IMG/VR virus record: IMGVR_UViG_3300017658_000232 | Location: 1 to 51,062 of that record | DNA from: a virus | Taxonomy: Duplodnaviria > Caudoviricetes | Length of the DNA: 51,062 nt | Direction: 5' to 3' (one strand) | In this document: positions 47,085-51,062 of the stretch, piece after piece | Layout of the letters: each line of letters begins with the position of its first letter | How positions within the stretch are numbered: the first letter of the stretch is position 1 | Notes under the pieces: model-generated | What the model was told of the DNA's origin: nothing | Database searches by the model: none | The model's input: only the letters and a program-made list of their open reading frames with translations | Translations under genes and position numbers: made by a program

Positions 47085-47522
47085 ATGAGCGAATTTGGTG
47101 CTTTTATAAAACAAATAAGAGAATCAAAAAGTTTAACACTTAACCAAGTTGCTCTGTACTCCGAAATTAGTGCAGCTCAATTGTCACGAATTGAAACCGG
47201 GAAACGTGGTATTCCTAAACCACCGACAATAAAAAAAATTTCCGATGCACTCAAGTATGATTATGATGAATTAATGAGAGTTGCTGGTTATATTAGCAGT
47301 GAGGATACAGTGAATGTTGCAGGACAAGATATTAACTTGACACCAGAAGAATTAAAAATATTTAAAGAACTAAGAAAATATCCAATACTCTTCCATGATC
47401 TTGCTAAAGATCCAGAGAAAAAAATAAAAGAACTTATTCGTCTACAGAAAATCAAAGATATGATTTTAGATGAAGAAGATGATAAAAACCGTGGAGATGG
47501 ATTTGGAGAATTAGAAGACTAA
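47085..47522 (+). CDS. CI/ImmR-like repressor
   Basis: LTLNQVALYSEISAAQLSRIETG HTH; divergent from cro, upstream of immA. Confidence 0.9.
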   Translation: MSEFGAFIKQIRESKSLTLNQVALYSEISAAQLSRIETGKRGIPKPPTIKKISDALKYDYDELMRVAGYISSEDTVNVAGQDINLTPEELKIFKELRKYPILFHDLAKDPEKKIKELIRLQKIKDMILDEEDDKNRGDGFGELED

Positions 47523-47667
47523 CACGATCTATAAGTAAATGATCGTGTTAATTTTTAACCTACACATGGTAATAAATAACTATTAAATTAACTTTTTATG
47601 GACAATCGTTCTTTTATAAGAATCTTATGTTCAGCATAAAAAATTAACAACATGTACGTCTGGGGTA

Positions 47668-48252
47668 ATGATGATGCAAATTTTAGAGAAGAAAATAGAT
47701 GATTGGGAGCAACGGGCAAATACAGTACTTTCTCATTTTAATTATCAACATGCAGATGAAATTGATTTATATGATATCTGTTGGAGATACGGTATTGTCA
47801 TTAAACCCCTAGATCAAAACTATTTTGCAGACATCGAAGAATATACATCTATTAAACATTTAAAATCATACTCTATCCCAAAACAAAACGGTCGTCGCGG
47901 CACAATCTACATTGTCCCTGACCTAGATCCAGTTGAAAAAAGAATGCTATTAGCAGAAGAATTTTGCCATATCTACTCCCATTACTCTTCCCAGCTAATG
48001 ACGGACAAGCTTACATTAGATAAGCAAGAAAGCCAAGCAAAACGGATGTCAGCATACCTGCTTATGCCCCACCACTTCCTAAAAGATATTTATGCAGCTA
48101 CAGTCAATGAGCCAATATTAATAAACGATATTGCTGATCACTTTCTGGTGACAAAAGAATTTGCGCATTACCGGCTGGAGTTGATTTACAAACATAGGGT
48201 GGATGGGTTTGTGCAGATTAGGGAGAGATTGTGGAGTTTGGAGATTTATTAA
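47668..48252 (+). CDS. ImmA/IrrE-family metallopeptidase (antirepressor)
   Basis: LAEEFCH (HExxH variant) and ESQAKRMSAYLLMP. Confidence 0.85.
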   Translation: MMMQILEKKIDDWEQRANTVLSHFNYQHADEIDLYDICWRYGIVIKPLDQNYFADIEEYTSIKHLKSYSIPKQNGRRGTIYIVPDLDPVEKRMLLAEEFCHIYSHYSSQLMTDKLTLDKQESQAKRMSAYLLMPHHFLKDIYAATVNEPILINDIADHFLVTKEFAHYRLELIYKHRVDGFVQIRERLWSLEIY

Positions 48253-48281
48253 TTAATAATTTATTCAAGGAGATAAGGAAA

Positions 48282-49169
48282 ATGCATAAAAGAACGTTCT
48301 ACGCAGCTAAGATTAATGTACATGAGAATATATTTAGTTTAGATTTAAATGAAATTATAAATGTTCATATTCCTAGAGTCATTATAGAATCCAAACCAAT
48401 AAAAATTAATTCATGGAATTGGTCTTTTACTGATGTATCAAAGATTCCTAACAACAATGAAACTATAATAATTGGCAATGTCACAAAATCAAAATTCAAA
48501 AATCAAAAAGTTAAGATTGGCGACAAAACTGTACAAAGAACAACTGATTATGAGTTAGCACACACTGCTTTCTTTGTTTATGATCCTCAATCTGAAATCC
48601 TAGCACATGAAAGTACTGGTTCTATTAGTGCTCAAGAGTTCAGAGAATTATTCACAAAATTATTAAGCAGCGATACTATGGTTGGTGATGTTGTTATCAA
48701 TCCTATACCAGTTCCACAACATATTAGAAGCCAATTACTTACAATTGATAATATAACTCATGTAGGATTTTATTTAATACATCCTAACCCAGGTAAAGAA
48801 GAATTTAATTCCTATCAAGATATTATAAATGATGCAGGATTAAAGGAATTAATTATTCAAATGGAGAATAAAGATGGTTTTAAGGTACTTTCTGACAAAA
48901 CAAGCGATGAAAAGCCAGAGTTTATTAATTCCATTGAGAATGGTATTAGCTTAGTTGAATCTGGTTATGGTACTATTGACGTAAAAGGATATAACGAAGT
49001 AGTTGTAAAAGGAAAAAGAAAAGATAGAATTGAAAAGTCTAAAAAGAAATTTTCCTCCAGAAAATCAGTAAGACATATTATTTTACATGAGATCGACAAT
49101 TTAAGTCTCGTTAGTAAATTATGTTCATTTATTAAGTTATCTAAAAATAAAGTTAATAGTGGTGATTAA
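48282..49169 (+). CDS. DUF4747-like protein (RexA-like exclusion component)
   Basis: 295 aa; FFVYDP..EILA.E, HPNP and ESGYG..DVKG patterns recalled from DUF4747. Confidence 0.6.
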   Translation: MHKRTFYAAKINVHENIFSLDLNEIINVHIPRVIIESKPIKINSWNWSFTDVSKIPNNNETIIIGNVTKSKFKNQKVKIGDKTVQRTTDYELAHTAFFVYDPQSEILAHESTGSISAQEFRELFTKLLSSDTMVGDVVINPIPVPQHIRSQLLTIDNITHVGFYLIHPNPGKEEFNSYQDIINDAGLKELIIQMENKDGFKVLSDKTSDEKPEFINSIENGISLVESGYGTIDVKGYNEVVVKGKRKDRIEKSKKKFSSRKSVRHIILHEIDNLSLVSKLCSFIKLSKNKVNSGD

Positions 49170-49707
49170 TTTGGTAAATAAAAGAAAAAACAAGTTGCAG
49201 TATAATGACACTACTTATTTAGGGTTATTTAAAACAAAAGGGATTAAGTTTTACATAAATTGGTCCCTTTTCTGGGCTTTCTTAATAACAGGTTCAATCG
49301 GTTACTTTCTATGGAAAACCGGCGATTTTAGTAAACAAGTTAATGATATTGGGTTCGCTATTAATGAACCACTAATTGGTGCTTCAGCCTCCATATTTGG
49401 AATAGTAATAGCATCCCTAACTTTAACAATTACTTTATTTCATCAGTCTTTACTTCCTATCATGCTAGAAAAAAAACTATTACACAAGTTTCTCTTTCCG
49501 TTTTGGAAAGCAGTAAGTCTATGGGGAATTAGCATTTTATTATGCCTTTTATTAATCGTTTGTGAGAACGCTATTATATTAGCTCCTTTCACTAATTATT
49601 TTACTTTTTTAGAGATATTTATTTTTTTATATTCCACCTTTTACACTGTAAGTTTGACAGGATTAGTTATTCAATTAGCACTTCAAAGAGCTCAAATGAA
49701 AGATTAA
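49159..49707 (+). CDS. Four-TM membrane protein (RexB-like effector)
   Basis: Four hydrophobic segments; overlaps the upstream gene. Confidence 0.7.
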   Translation: MVINLVNKRKNKLQYNDTTYLGLFKTKGIKFYINWSLFWAFLITGSIGYFLWKTGDFSKQVNDIGFAINEPLIGASASIFGIVIASLTLTITLFHQSLLPIMLEKKLLHKFLFPFWKAVSLWGISILLCLLLIVCENAIILAPFTNYFTFLEIFIFLYSTFYTVSLTGLVIQLALQRAQMKD

Positions 49708-49730
49708 TACTCTATGATGTGCTTTTTTTA

Positions 49731-49760
49731 TTGACAAAAAAAGAACATACGTGCTAATTT
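49731..49760 (+). promoter_or_regulatory. SigA-type promoter with overlapping LexA/DinR-like box upstream of the integrase
   Basis: TTGACA-18 nt-TAATTT with extended TG; spacer contains AGAAC-ATAC-GTGCT. Confidence 0.55.
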
Positions 49761-49874
49761 GTTGTATATTCACAAGAAGAGCTTTAGTTCTATAATTACA
49801 TTGTACCTTGTAATAACTATTTTTGTTCCCTAATTCCCTATAGGATATAAGCAAAAAATAAAGGAGGGAATATA

Positions 49875-51062
49875 ATGGCTAGTTTCAAAAGAATATCCCC
49901 TGGCAATTGGTCATTCCGGTACAAATACAAAGACAAAATAACCGGGAAGCAACGGGAAGTAAAACGACAAGGTTTTCAGTCGAAACCTCTTGCAGAAAAA
50001 GCTTATGAAGAAATAAAACGTAGTATACAGCTGGGCTTCGACTCAGCTTCTAATGAAACGCTTGCTGAATTTCTAGAGTTTTGGTTGAGGGAATATAAAG
50101 AAGGCAAAATTGCTAAAAATACGTATCGAATACATGAGCGAAACATCAAAAATCATATTGTCCCCTACTTCCAGAACATCCAGCTTGATGATCTAAGCTA
50201 TAAATTGTATCAGAAGTTCATTAATCATTTAATTGAAAACAACTACAGCAAAAGAACGGTGGAAATCGTTCATGGCACGATGTATGGGGCCATACAAAAG
50301 GCAAAAATATTGAGGAAGATACATGATAATCCCTGCACCGATGTTTCCATTTACTCTGCCAAAGAAAAAAGGGAAAAAGAAAATAAGGCAGCAATCAAAT
50401 TTATTCCTTACGACAAAATTGAACCATTCCTAGATGCTGCTCTTGCTGACAATTATACTTACTATATATTCTTCCGTTTTTTAATTGAAACAGGAGTCCG
50501 CAAAGGCGAAGCCCTTGCCCTGCAATGGAGTAATGTAGATCTCTCTTCTAACCGTATACGTATAGAACAATCCTTAGATTATGAAGCAGCTTCAGACGAT
50601 GAGTTATTCAGCGATACAAAGACTTATCACTCTGTAAGGGAAATACCTATCACCAATCGTTTAGCGATGGATTTGCGCTCACACAAGGTCAGACAGAACG
50701 ATAATATCTTTCGCTTAAAGAAAGCCTATAAAAGTGATTTGGATTTGGTCTTTTGCAGAGAGAATGGATCGCCGCTGCCGAAATCCACTTTATTTAATGC
50801 TTTTCGCAGAATACTAGAAAAGGCTGGCTTGCCCTCTCTCAGCATCCATACATTACGTCATACACATGCAGTGCTATTATTGGAATCAAATGTGGAGATG
50901 AAATATATCCAGGAAGCTTTGGGGCATGGATCGATGCAGATTACTTCAGATATTTACACACATGTCAGCAAAAAGATCGAAACGGATTCTATTGAGCGTT
51001 TTGAGAACCATACGAAAAAAATTATTTTGGGGGCAGAATTGGGGCATAAATCAAATGGCTAG
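49875..51062 (+). CDS. Prophage tyrosine integrase
   Basis: N-terminal arm-binding domain; TGVRKGE, HTLRHT, LGH..ITSDIYTH. Confidence 0.96.
   Translation: MASFKRISPGNWSFRYKYKDKITGKQREVKRQGFQSKPLAEKAYEEIKRSIQLGFDSASNETLAEFLEFWLREYKEGKIAKNTYRIHERNIKNHIVPYFQNIQLDDLSYKLYQKFINHLIENNYSKRTVEIVHGTMYGAIQKAKILRKIHDNPCTDVSIYSAKEKREKENKAAIKFIPYDKIEPFLDAALADNYTYYIFFRFLIETGVRKGEALALQWSNVDLSSNRIRIEQSLDYEAASDDELFSDTKTYHSVREIPITNRLAMDLRSHKVRQNDNIFRLKKAYKSDLDLVFCRENGSPLPKSTLFNAFRRILEKAGLPSLSIHTLRHTHAVLLLESNVEMKYIQEALGHGSMQITSDIYTHVSKKIETDSIERFENHTKKIILGAELGHKSNG

Larger units (their letters stand above)
2423..51062. mobile_element. Temperate prophage (lambda-like head, P2-like contractile tail) integrated in the 3' end of glnA; other att lies beyond the right edge
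   Basis: Complete ordered modules: integrase/immunity, replication, late control, packaging, head, tail, lysis, accessory; glnA fragment at the left boundary. Confidence 0.93.

Noticed and set aside
44000-49800. Arbitrium (aimR-aimP-aimX) locus in the immunity region
   Set aside because: No ~380-aa TPR receptor or signal-peptide pro-peptide; the switch is of the CI/Cro/ImmA type

Overview
Almost the whole window (about 2423 to beyond 51062) is one apparently intact temperate prophage of a low-GC Bacillaceae host. It has a lambda-like head (GpA terminase, lambda-type portal, ClpP protease, gpD/gpE capsid) and a P2-like contractile tail. It is integrated in the 3' end of glnA: the displaced last 19 codons of glnA and their terminator lie at 2318-2422, and the integrase is at the right edge. 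Left of the att site (177-2090) is a decayed end of a related prophage, with an endolysin pseudogene, an HTH gene and a parM stub. Notable cargo: (i) an actin-like ParM/StbA gene with three putative ribbon-helix-helix genes and two kinds of DNA repeat; (ii) a toxSAS (RelA/SpoT-type) plus PAD1-Panacea toxin-antitoxin pair, followed by an unannotated 46-aa ORF of five tandem DPGGG-like units; (iii) a DUF4747-like plus 4-TM pair in the immunity operon, resembling lambda RexAB; (iv) a class 3 (Ala1, WCT) intein with a LAGLIDADG domain and a zinc-finger insert in the terminase Walker A motif; (v) a candidate ~100-nt structured sRNA and several switch-like RNA elements in the early region; (vi) a second tyrosine recombinase with res-like sites. 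All family assignments come from motif recognition by eye; no searches were run.
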